A stretch of DNA of 64,000 nucleotides, taken from NCBI GenBank assembly GCA_964495385.1, contig CAZBVO010000004.1, forward strand, positions 20,821 to 84,820, written 5' to 3'. Shown in pieces: positions 9,901-18,400 of this stretch (within the stretch, counting starts at the first letter, position 1; each line of letters starts with the position of its first letter). The notes below the pieces were generated by a model, which ran no database searches, was not told the DNA's origin, and worked only from the letters and a program-made list of their open reading frames with translations. The translations under genes and the position numbers were made by a program. This DNA comes from an uncultured Faecalibacterium sp. (GTDB taxonomy: Bacteria; Bacillota; Clostridia; Christensenellales; CAG-917).

Positions 9901-10579
9901 TATCGAAAAGGCAAATTCAAACATCAACAAACTGAAGAGGGCGATAAATCAGCTTGGCGACGTTAACCTTCTGGCAATTCGCGACTATGAGGAAAACGGC
10001 AAGCGCTACGACGAGTTGTGTGCACAGCGTGACGACGTGCAGGCCGCGGTTGACGATCTGAACAAAATTTTGAAGGACCTCACCGACGAAATGACCACCA
10101 GGTTCAACGATGCGTTCGTCAAAATAAACGAAAACTTCAGGGTAACTTTCGCAGAGCTGTTTGGCGGCGGAACAGCCGAGCTTATTTTGCTTGACAGCAC
10201 CACGGGCGATCCGTTGGATGCGGGCGTTGACATCAAAATGCAACCGCCGGGCAAAAAAAGCCTGCACCTGTCGCAGTACTCGGGCGGCGAGCAGAGCCTT
10301 ACGGCAATTGCCATTTTGTTTGCTATTTTGAAACTTAAAGCTATGCCGTTCTGCGTGCTGGACGAAGTCGATTCCGCTTTGGACGACAGCAACGTAGCCA
10401 TCTGCGCCGAATACATCAAAAAGCTGTCGAAGGACACGCAGTTTATCGTTATCACACACCGCAAACCTACCATGGAAAATGCCGACAGTCTGTACGGTGT
10501 TGCAATGGAAGAAAAGGGCATATCCAAAATACTGTCCGTAAACTTGGCCGATGCTTTGCGCTCGGCAGAGGGGGATTAA
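6989..10579 (+). CDS. smc: chromosome segregation protein SMC
   Basis: The ORF is open from 6902. I prefer the GTG at 6989 (AGGGAGAAG SD), which gives VNLKKIVLYGFKSFADK..GPNGSGKSN (Walker A). It has long coiled coils, a hinge, and the C-terminal LSGGEQSL...VLDEVDSALD. Confidence 0.9.
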   Translation: MNLKKIVLYGFKSFADKTTIPFEYNMTAIVGPNGSGKSNVADAIRWVLGEKSAKQLRGTNMRDVIFMGTEARKSLSFCEVELYFDNTARIFPIEFDEVVISRRLDRSGNSEYFINKAKTRLKDITSLLHDTGVGTEGYTLIGQDKVKDIISSKPEDRRIIFEDAAGVSKFKAQKAETVRKLERSSDNLSRCNDLINEIENRLGPLKKQAEDAMKYRELAAELKYNEVNYYVYRFENNKSHVDGIKERLTQILLQLNEAEQASAKAQNDYDALTESIKTLDDKLADSNSRLLSLKVSEERASGTVGLHEQRIRHYTDELSRLADEKASLEAQLAEKADSLAETLKEKEGKSAELAAVSEQFAAESDKLERLVAKITAAENSIEDSNRRMMSAAEELASIKGNMSALVKEKELNEKLLESKTENVLVKKNALDAEYTDLAINEANLKKTIQKGNDLAAEYNENINEYNDKKHSLETLAEDLTKLNGRISALETKHNLLVSLKEEYDGFGLAVKRLMQDAKTNSDLSSRVQGVVAEIIKAPAGMELAIETALGGALQNVVTSNEDDAKHVIGYLQNKRYGQITFLPLTSFKPRMLEPEYKSALSERGCYGIASEIVSYDKKFDNIIKGLLGKTVVVDNMDTAVRMAKNYRYGFKIVTMDGNQVATSGAIRGGSVSRAEGSSILGKEKEIAEAKAAWDKAKKQYEQLMTMRRDYEKAMADADDKTVKIKAEMEEIKIAGGVLTEKIKKCKQNVEVMEEEVHIMASEIETLKKGVRETADKLGSVDKLEAEISSQKAISGDLAEKSRAQTDLNKKERDELNSNVISLRVKIAELKTEIETSEQAAFRLKREGDVLNEQLLDDVARMRTIEGEVNAEKLRAQTAVMSREDREKIESLTKDIVDLTEAKRNSQAELQNLNSKRVQIGDTVRELEGQRYKQEAALEKADSDIKYLEDHVWQEYSLTYQNAVELKDEAFDIEKANSNINKLKRAINQLGDVNLLAIRDYEENGKRYDELCAQRDDVQAAVDDLNKILKDLTDEMTTRFNDAFVKINENFRVTFAELFGGGTAELILLDSTTGDPLDAGVDIKMQPPGKKSLHLSQYSGGEQSLTAIAILFAILKLKAMPFCVLDEVDSALDDSNVAICAEYIKKLSKDTQFIVITHRKPTMENADSLYGVAMEEKGISKILSVNLADALRSAEGD

Positions 10580-10582
10580 ACT

Positions 10583-11476
10583 ATGGGATTCTTTTCAAAA
10601 ATCAAAGAGAGTCTGCAAAAGACCAAAGATGCCGTCGGCAAAAAGCTGTTCAGCGTTTTTTCGGGGCGCAAGTTGGACGACGAGTTTTACGAGGATTTGT
10701 CGGATGCGCTTATCTCCGCCGACTTCGGCGTGGTTGCCACCGACGAGATTATCGAGGAGCTTAAGGACCGAGTTTACCGTCAAAAGGTAACCGACACCGA
10801 CGGTGCCAAAAAACTTTTGAAACAAATTATGACAGAAAGCATCGACTACGAAATTCCGCCTTACGAGTATCCGTTGGTGATTCTCGTTGCCGGCGTAAAC
10901 GGAGTCGGCAAAACCACGGCCATAGGCAAACTTGCAAACAAGTTTAAAAAACAGGGCAAGTCGGTTGTGGTTGCGGCGGCGGACACTTTCCGCGCGGCCG
11001 CAAGCGAACAGCTTGAAGTTTGGGCTGAACGTGCCGACGTCAGGATTGTCAAACACGGCGAGGGAAGCGACCCGGCATCGGTGGTTTACGATGCCATTGC
11101 TTCGGCAAAGGCAAAGCACACCGACGTTGTTTTGGTTGATACGGCAGGCAGGCTTCACAACAAAAAGAACCTTATGGAAGAGCTTCGCAAAATTCACCGA
11201 GTTGTCGAGCGTGAATTTCCGGAGGCCGACTTCCGCAACTACATCGTTTTGGATGCCACCACCGGGCAAAACGCCGTTCAGCAGGCCGAAGTGTTTGGCG
11301 AAGTGGTTGACGTTGACGGCATCATTTTAAACAAACTTGACGGCACCGCAAAGGGCGGAGTGGTTTTGGCAATATCCGCCGAAATGGAAATCCCGGTAGT
11401 GTACGTGGGCGTGGGCGAAAAAATCGACGATTTGGAAGATTTTTCCGCATCCGAATTTATCGACGGCATTTTGTGA
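10583..11476 (+). CDS. ftsY: signal recognition particle receptor FtsY
   Basis: 297 aa with GVNGVGKTT, DTAGRLH and LNKLDG GTPase motifs. It follows smc as in other Firmicutes. Confidence 0.95.
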   Translation: MGFFSKIKESLQKTKDAVGKKLFSVFSGRKLDDEFYEDLSDALISADFGVVATDEIIEELKDRVYRQKVTDTDGAKKLLKQIMTESIDYEIPPYEYPLVILVAGVNGVGKTTAIGKLANKFKKQGKSVVVAAADTFRAAASEQLEVWAERADVRIVKHGEGSDPASVVYDAIASAKAKHTDVVLVDTAGRLHNKKNLMEELRKIHRVVEREFPEADFRNYIVLDATTGQNAVQQAEVFGEVVDVDGIILNKLDGTAKGGVVLAISAEMEIPVVYVGVGEKIDDLEDFSASEFIDGIL

Positions 11477-11584
11477 TTTGCCGCTCAAATCAAATTTGCC
11501 AAAGGATTTTCAAAAACAATCCGTTCAAAAACAAATTTACATTCAAAATCGCCGTTTTAAGCAACAGCAAGTGGGGGATAAATT

Positions 11585-12469
11585 ATGGATTTTGGTAAGT
11601 TTTTCAAAAAAGGCTCGTTGGCGGCAATCGTTGTGTCGGTCCTTTGCCTTATTGTGCTTTTTGTGGGGGTGTTTGCAATAATTAATTCCGGAAAGGAAAA
11701 GCCAACAGATGAGCAAAAAAAGCAAAGTGAAGAATTGAAGAAAAAATTGGAAGAGAAAAAACAGGATAAACCTGTGGACATTCCACCAAACGCCACCAAC
11801 GAACAAAAAGAACAACTGCAATATAAGCAATTCAAACAAACGCTTGAGAACATTCTTAATCCTGTCCATTTGTCTCGTTTTACTGGATATGAACATGAAA
11901 TCCTCAGCATAAAGTCAATCGACAAAAATGGATTAAATACTTTTTTTGTAAAAGCTGAAGTTGTGTGGACTGATGGAGAATATTATGTTAGTCGAGACGT
12001 TTTATATAACGTGCATATAAAAGTTTATCCGGACGAATTTAATCAAATGTCGCTTGAAGACTTAAACAATTATCTTACATCAAACAAAGAATATTCTGCT
12101 AAAGAATATAGAATAATTGAACCAGAAAATGAATTAGATAAAGAATTTTTGCAATTGTTGGTCAATCAATTCAAAGAAGACAAATCAATGAACAATGCTG
12201 AATATATTGATGGCGTTGTTTTATATCAAGGTAAAATAAATGATTCACACAGCAATTATTTCTTTTTCGCATTGAGAGATGCTGAAAGCCAAAAAAATTT
12301 TTATTATAAATTGATAGTTGACCTTGATTCAAAATCATTTGAAAATCAACTTGAACAACTTCGTCAGGGCGAAAAGATTGAATATATGATTGACGAAAGT
12401 TTTAAAGGTGAATATGGATGGCTCAATCTTGACAAGCTTGAGGGTCAAAGTCAACAAGAAAGCCAATAG
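11585..12469 (+). CDS. hypothetical membrane-anchored protein (N-terminal TM, K/E-rich linker, unknown extracytoplasmic domain)
   Basis: 294-aa ORF with GGGGGA SD. The TM segment is AAIVVSVLCLIVLFVGVFAII. A strong terminator follows. I recognise no family. Its GC content is much lower than that of its neighbours. Confidence 0.6.
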   Translation: MDFGKFFKKGSLAAIVVSVLCLIVLFVGVFAIINSGKEKPTDEQKKQSEELKKKLEEKKQDKPVDIPPNATNEQKEQLQYKQFKQTLENILNPVHLSRFTGYEHEILSIKSIDKNGLNTFFVKAEVVWTDGEYYVSRDVLYNVHIKVYPDEFNQMSLEDLNNYLTSNKEYSAKEYRIIEPENELDKEFLQLLVNQFKEDKSMNNAEYIDGVVLYQGKINDSHSNYFFFALRDAESQKNFYYKLIVDLDSKSFENQLEQLRQGEKIEYMIDESFKGEYGWLNLDKLEGQSQQESQ

Positions 12470-12504
12470 AAGAGAAAACAATTTTGAAATAATAAGCAAT
12501 CAAA

Positions 12505-12530
12505 AACGCAACGGCAGGTTGCGTTTTTTG
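12505..12530. terminator. bidirectional intrinsic terminator
   Basis: AACGCAAC-GGCAG-GTTGCGTT is flanked by an A-run on the left and a T-run on the right. It lies between convergent genes. Confidence 0.75.
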
Positions 12531-12749
12531 TTGGGTAAAGAGATGTGTAAGATAGACACCTTATCTTATTCAAAGTTGCTGCACGGCAGCAAATGCGAAC
12601 AAAGCGTGCCGCAGCTTGTTTTGTAGGTATGCAAGTCAAGGGTGCCGATTTGTTGAAGCGGGTTTGAATTGCTTAAAACGCAAGGCGTTTTAAAGGGCAA
12701 CGTTCGTTTTGAAGTTGCCTAACGCAGTTTAACGCAACGTCTTTGTCGG

Positions 12750-13343
12750 TCAGGAGGCCGAGAGGGTGTCGGCAAGTTGTTTGAGATCGTCGTCATCAAA
12801 GTTCTGCTCGTCCGTGCTTATGCCCAGTCGCTTCCTAAGCGACGAAATGAGGTCGTAAAGTTTGTCGGAGTCGGGGGCAAGCCGTTCGGCCTCTTTTTTG
12901 AAGTGCTCCGCCGGAGCAGAGGTGGAGGTAAGGCGTATGCCAAACTGTTTGTTGAGCATTTTTTCGATTGACAGCGAAGCGTCAATTGCAACCGCTTGCA
13001 GGTTGAGTGCGTCGTTTCCGAAGCCGTATTTTTCGGCAAGGGTTTCGTAGGCGTTGGTCCATTTTGCCTGAAACAGTTTCAAGCGTTCAATTTCCATGGC
13101 GTACTGAAGCTTGAGGTCGGTTTCGATTTCGGCGGCCTTTTCGGCCACAACCAGCATAACTTCGGCAACGTCGTTTTCGCGTTTTTTGTAGTCGTCCAGC
13201 TGTTTGTTAAGCGAAGCTTCCGATTGCAAAAGGGAAGATATGCGCTCGCGTTGGTCGGCAAGAGCATTTTCGTAGTAAGCGGTTTGTTTTGAAAGTTGAT
13301 CTTCAAATTGGCGGCGTTTTGCCGCACCGAATGTTTTTTTCAT
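12750..13343 (-). CDS. hypothetical coiled-coil protein with acidic C-terminus
   Basis: The ORF is open to 13352. The ATG at 13343 has the best spacing from GAGGGTG. Heptad-like sequence runs throughout (LADQRERISSLLQSEASLNKQLDDYKKREND...). There is no DivIVA N-terminal motif. Confidence 0.55.
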   Translation of the reverse strand: MKKTFGAAKRRQFEDQLSKQTAYYENALADQRERISSLLQSEASLNKQLDDYKKRENDVAEVMLVVAEKAAEIETDLKLQYAMEIERLKLFQAKWTNAYETLAEKYGFGNDALNLQAVAIDASLSIEKMLNKQFGIRLTSTSAPAEHFKKEAERLAPDSDKLYDLISSLRKRLGISTDEQNFDDDDLKQLADTLSAS

Positions 13344-13406
13344 AGTCATCACCCTCTACGATGATAACACGCCTTAAGGTGCGAAAAATGCAAGAAAAGG
13401 GGAGAA

Positions 13407-14357
13407 TCAGTCTTTTATTGAAATATTGTCGATAAGGTTGTTTTTGATGCAAAATTCCACCGTTTGGGGTATGACGGCGCCAAACTCGGGGCTGTCGTCG
13501 TAGACGGCGTAAGCAGAGGGCGAAATGCGTTCGTAACGATTGAATTTTCCGAAAAAATCCGTCAGCCGAGGGGCATCGTCCCGAAGCTCGGGCGCAAGAT
13601 ATTTCCGTGCCGCAAAAATGTCGCCGCTTTTTGTTGCTTCCAACAGCAGTGCAGGCAAAAGGCTTAGTTCGTAACCGCAGTTTTCAGAGTAGGAAAACTC
13701 GTCTTTTACCGAGCGAAAACCCTTGTCGGTAAAGGTAAAAAACGAACGTCTCGTCCGCCCCAAAAGGTCGCCGAAACGGGTGATTTCAACAAACGAATCG
13801 TCAAAAAATTCAAAGTCGTCCGCCTCGCCTTCGTACAAAAGTTTAAACGTTCCGTCAAAGCTTGCGGCGGCAAGATACTGCTTTTCGTACCTTGCGGTGA
13901 CAACAATCAAAAGTGCAGAAGAGGTGGGTTGAAACATTATTTTTGCGTTGTTTAAGTTTTGTTTCGGGAAAATACACAACTTTTCGTCGCCGCAGCCGAG
14001 CACGACTTCGGTGCCGCCTCGGTCGTAAATCGAAACGTCCACTTTGTTGCCTTTAAAATGCCCGGAAGTGCTTATTTTTGCGCCCGCCGCTGTACCTCCC
14101 GACTGCTTTACTTTGTAGGTCAATCCGTAGGTGCCGTCGGCGTAGGCGATAAGTTTCAACCGTCCCATGGCCTCGGGCGATTTCCCAAGCACTACGGCCC
14201 CCGAAAGCGTTTCGCATTTTGCGCTACATGGGTAAACGGTCACCGGCCAAAACCCTTCGTCCAAAACAAGTTTTTGGTTTTTTTTAGGTCCTTTCACAAC
14301 GTGGTTGCCGACGGTTAAGGTGTCACCCTCTTTCACGCTCAAAAAAATTTCAGGCAT
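13407..14357 (-). CDS. hypothetical soluble protein, 316 aa, no recognisable family
   Basis: Long ORF with AAAGGAG SD 7 nt upstream of the ATG. It has no TM segment or signal peptide. Codon composition resembles the neighbouring genes. Confidence 0.6.
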   Translation of the reverse strand: MPEIFLSVKEGDTLTVGNHVVKGPKKNQKLVLDEGFWPVTVYPCSAKCETLSGAVVLGKSPEAMGRLKLIAYADGTYGLTYKVKQSGGTAAGAKISTSGHFKGNKVDVSIYDRGGTEVVLGCGDEKLCIFPKQNLNNAKIMFQPTSSALLIVVTARYEKQYLAAASFDGTFKLLYEGEADDFEFFDDSFVEITRFGDLLGRTRRSFFTFTDKGFRSVKDEFSYSENCGYELSLLPALLLEATKSGDIFAARKYLAPELRDDAPRLTDFFGKFNRYERISPSAYAVYDDSPEFGAVIPQTVEFCIKNNLIDNISIKD

Positions 14358-14373
14358 AACGCTCCTTTGCCCG

Positions 14374-14405
14374 AAAAAAAGGCACGGGCTTTATAGCCTA
14401 TGCCT
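14374..14405 (-). terminator. intrinsic terminator after the lipoprotein gene, abutting the SD of the next gene
   Basis: Imperfect 10-bp stem with 2 internal mismatches, followed by U7 on the minus strand. The U-tract ends 6 nt before the AAGGAG of the 316-aa gene. Confidence 0.5.
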
Positions 14406-14424
14406 GTTTTAGGTTTTTTATAAC

Positions 14425-15240
14425 CTATTCGATTTCGATTGTTTTAAGTTTGTAAATCACGCCGTTTTCGACAATTTCCATAAGCGGAGTTTTGACTTTT
14501 TTGCCGCCTATTTCGACGTCGTCGTTGGAATAGTAGGCGTAGTACTTAACGCCGGACACGTCGCTTCTTGAAAAAACCACCGTTTTGCAGGTTACGTCGC
14601 TTTTGAACGGAACGGATATCGTGGCCGCCGAGGAAGTGGATGCGCTGACTTTCACCGTTTGCCCTTCGACCGCAACGGGTACGGTAATTCGCCAGCTCGA
14701 AATGGTTTGACCTGCCGCACGGAACAAAGTGTAAAGTTCGGCATTGTCGTAGTACGGCGACGAAAGAGCAATTTCGGTAGGGGTTACGGTTTCGAGCGTT
14801 GCGTTCGGATCGGTGTAGAGATAGGCGTAGGCCTTTGCCGCCGCATTGTCGTAAACTACGGTTTGATAGGACGTTACGCCGTCAACCGTTTTTTCGCGGT
14901 AGCTTGCGATAGGCAAAAGTTTTTGCGTTTCGCTTGCCCCTCCGAACAGCAAAACTTCCACAATCTGAAAATCGCCAAGCGAAAATCGGGTGATTTGAAG
15001 TTGGTTGGTCACGTTTTCAAAATGCTTCAAGCCAACCGAAAAGGTTTGATTTTGCACAAGTCGCAGTTCGACGGTGTAGGTGCCTTTTTCTTCCGTGTCG
15101 GGAGCGGTGACCTCGTAGGTGTATTTTTCGTAGCCGAGCCAGTTGACGTCGGCTTCCATGGCATAGTTGGTGCTGTTGCAACCTGCAAGAATCCCCGTAA
15201 GTGCAATAACCGTTATTATCAAAGCAGAAATTTTTTTCAT
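14425..15240 (-). CDS. putative lipoprotein, unknown function
   Basis: The track ORF extends to 15300. The ATG at 15240 (AAGAGG SD) gives MKKISALIITVIALTGILAGC with a lipobox LAGC. An intrinsic terminator lies downstream. Confidence 0.7.
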   Translation of the reverse strand: MKKISALIITVIALTGILAGCNSTNYAMEADVNWLGYEKYTYEVTAPDTEEKGTYTVELRLVQNQTFSVGLKHFENVTNQLQITRFSLGDFQIVEVLLFGGASETQKLLPIASYREKTVDGVTSYQTVVYDNAAAKAYAYLYTDPNATLETVTPTEIALSSPYYDNAELYTLFRAAGQTISSWRITVPVAVEGQTVKVSASTSSAATISVPFKSDVTCKTVVFSRSDVSGVKYYAYYSNDDVEIGGKKVKTPLMEIVENGVIYKLKTIEIE

Positions 15241-15359
15241 ACTCAGCCTCTTTGTTTGATTTTTCCAAACAATTATAACAAATATCGCGCCCGAGAGCAA
15301 GCAAAACCGACTATTTTTGAAAAAAAGCCGCCAAAGGGGAACTTTGTTTTAAAATAAAC

Positions 15360-15389
15360 TTGCCTCAGCGGCCGAACGGGTGCTACAAT
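15360..15389 (+). promoter_or_regulatory. promoter candidate for addBA (TTGCCT-18-TACAAT with TGC upstream of the -10)
   Basis: Read from the sequence, about 45 nt upstream of the addB ATG. Confidence 0.45.
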
Positions 15390-15434
15390 AATAATACAAA
15401 TAATTCTTATTTTTATTATTAACCGAGGTTTAAT

Positions 15435-18400
15435 ATGGGCTGTAAATTGATTTTCGGCGACACGTTTAAACAGGAGTTTGACGGCGTTATGGCCGAACTT
15501 AAAAGGAACTATAACTCCGATCGCAGGGCAATGCACGTCGTTCTCGTGCCGGACAAATTTTCGCTTACCATGGAAAAAGAGGTGCTTGAAAGCTTGGGCC
15601 TGTCCGGAAGTGCCAACGTGCAAGTGCTGTCTTTTTTGCGCTTTGCCGGCCGAGTCATGAAAAACAAAATCAAAAACTGCCTCACGCCGCAGGGCGTGGT
15701 TATGCTGTTGGCAAAGGTTATAGGCGACGTTCGCGACAAATTGAGCGTGTATAAAAACGCTTCCTACACCGCAGGTTTTGCCGGCGAGATGTATGCGTCC
15801 TTGACCTCGCTTAGAAACAGCGGCATAACCGTGGAAGCTTTGAAAGATTCGATTCCTCGCCTAAAATCGGCGGTTTTGCGCGAAAAGGTGGCCGACATGG
15901 CCGTTATTTTGGAGGCTTACCTCGCCGAACTGGCAAAAGGTTACGCCGACAGCACGACGAGGCTGGAAAAGTTGGCAGAGTATATCCCGACGGCCGCAAA
16001 TTTGTCGAGGACGTATTTTTACGTTACGGACATTTACAAATTTACCGCTCCCGAGTATGCAGTGTTGGAGGCTTTGGCAAAAACCTCTCCGTCGGTTACC
16101 GTGGGGCTTCCTTTGGGTGGCGGCGAAAACAAAAGGCTGTTTCCGTACAACGTGAAAGCGCATCTTGAAGCCGCTTTTGAGCGTGCCGGCGTTACGGTCA
16201 AAACCGAGCGCGTTTCGGGAGGCCTGTCGCCTCAGGCGCAAACGATTGTCGACAACCTTTATTCTTACAGGGGAGTGCTTCCAAAAACTGCGGATGGGAA
16301 AATCGAAATTTGTTTTGCCGCCGACGAGTTTTCGGAATGCGAGGAAGTGGCCTCAAAAATCATCGAAGCAGTTGTCGTGAACGATTACCGCTACAAAGAT
16401 ATGGCCGTGGTCGTCCCCGACGAAACGTACGTCGGGCCGCTTAAAGCCGCTTTCGACCGTTTCGACGTGCCGTATTTTGTGGACGAAAGCCGTGTTTTTT
16501 CGTCGACCATGCCTATAAAATATTTGCTGTCGATGCTCGATTATTCGATGACGCAAAAAGTGGACGACGCGTTGGAAGCAATCAAAAATCCGATGTTTTT
16601 AGAGTGCGGCGATTTGACTTACGACGACGTTGACCTGTTTGAAAATGCCGTTTTGCCGACAGGGGCCGAGCGCAGTAATTTCAAAAAGCCGTTTGACGGG
16701 GCGGACGCCCGGGCCGAAGAGGTACGGAAAAAATTTGTAAGCGTCGTGCCTCACTTCAAAAAAACCGATTCTGCGGGAAACTATGTTTCCCGAATCGAGG
16801 AGTTTTTGGCCGCCGACAACTTTTTTAACAAAATAGAGTGCTTCTGTAAAAGTATGGCCGCAGATGCGAAAACAGTCAAAAGCCTTGCGCAAACGGAAAG
16901 CAGACTGACGGCGGTTTTTAGCGAAATCAAAAACGCTATCGGCTCGGCGGAAATGGATTTCGAGGAGTTTTGCCGCATTTTTAAATCGACGCTCGAAAGC
17001 GTAAAAATCAGTTTGACGCCGTTGTATCTGGACTGCGTTTTCGTCGGAAGTGCCGCAGACAGCCGCTTCGAGGGCGTAAAGACGATGTTCGTAATAGGCG
17101 CAACCGCATCCGCCATGCCGGAAGGGGTGGGAAATCCTGCCATAATTTCGGCCGACGACGAGGTTTTGTTGAAGGAAGCGGGGCTTGTGGTATCGCCGTC
17201 GAAAATCGACGACGTTTTGTCGGCGATGTTTTATCTTACCGAGCTTGTCGTCAGACCGACCGAAAAACTTGTGGTGAGCTATCCGAAAACGCTTGCCGGG
17301 GTTTCCGTTCAGCCGTCTACGCTTATCGACCAGCTTTGCTTGCTGTTTTCCGACCTCGAAGTATCGGAGCCGAGGTTCGGGGCGCTTTACTCTAAAGCCG
17401 ACATGTCCGACGAGGATTTGGCAAGAGAGTACGCTTTCAGGTTCGGCAGCAGAAAGAACGCTTACTACAGCGTGCTGTCGAATCTTTCCGAGTTGTCCGT
17501 TTCTAAAAGGGAGCGCAAGCCTTTCGATGCGGCCTTTTCGCTGCTTACCGACGACGAAAAATACACGGTTAATCGCGCGCTCGGCGGCAAGGAGGAGCAA
17601 AAGCTTCCCGACGGTGCGGATTTGTTTTTCAAGGATTTCAAAACCAACGAATACGTTACGTCGGTCAGCCAGCTTGAAAAGTATTTCACCTGTCCGCTTC
17701 AAAACTATTTCGCATACGGTTTGAGGTTGCAAAAAAGGGTTACCGACGTCATCGAAAACAGTCTGACGGGCAGTTTCGTGCACGAGGTTTTGGAAAAATA
17801 TTTCACGCTGTTTGCCGAAGGCAAAAAGGACGTAACCGGAATTTCCGACAGCGAAATTGCTTCGCTTGTCGAAGAAATTGCCGTAAAGGCCTCGAGAGAA
17901 AAAGAATTTGCCGCATTCACCTCGTCCGACAAGCACAAAAAAAGTTTTTTGCGCCTTAAAACCGATTGCGTAAAAATATGCGTGGCACTCACCGATTTGC
18001 TTAAAGGTTCGTCGTACAGGCCGTACAAGCTGGAAGCGGCGTTTTGGAACGGCAACGTCGACCGTTTCGGCGAGGAAATCAAAAACGTTTACAAGCCGTT
18101 GACTTTTACGGTGGGCGGTCGCAACGTCGCGCTTAGGGGCAAGATTGACCGTATAGACGTTTTCGAGGACAAATTTTACATCATCGATTACAAAAGTTAC
18201 GGAAAGTCCATCAAGTTTTCCGACGTGTTTTTCGGTACGGCGATACAGCTTGTGGCGTATATGACGGCGATTGCAAAAGAGGAGGGGTTCAAACCGACGG
18301 GCGTGTTCTATTTGCCGGTTACGGTGGGCTACAAGTCGGCGGCAACGGCAAGCACGGACGAAAACAGATTTGCCGCAAACGGATTTTTCGACTCGGCTTA

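Noticed and set aside
12390-12639. Small ORFs in the spacer after the low-GC gene (12390-12626 on the + strand, 78 aa; 12451-12639 on the - strand, 62 aa).
   Set aside because: Both span the bidirectional terminator and overlap a real gene end. They lack an SD and have implausible Cys/Arg-rich composition.
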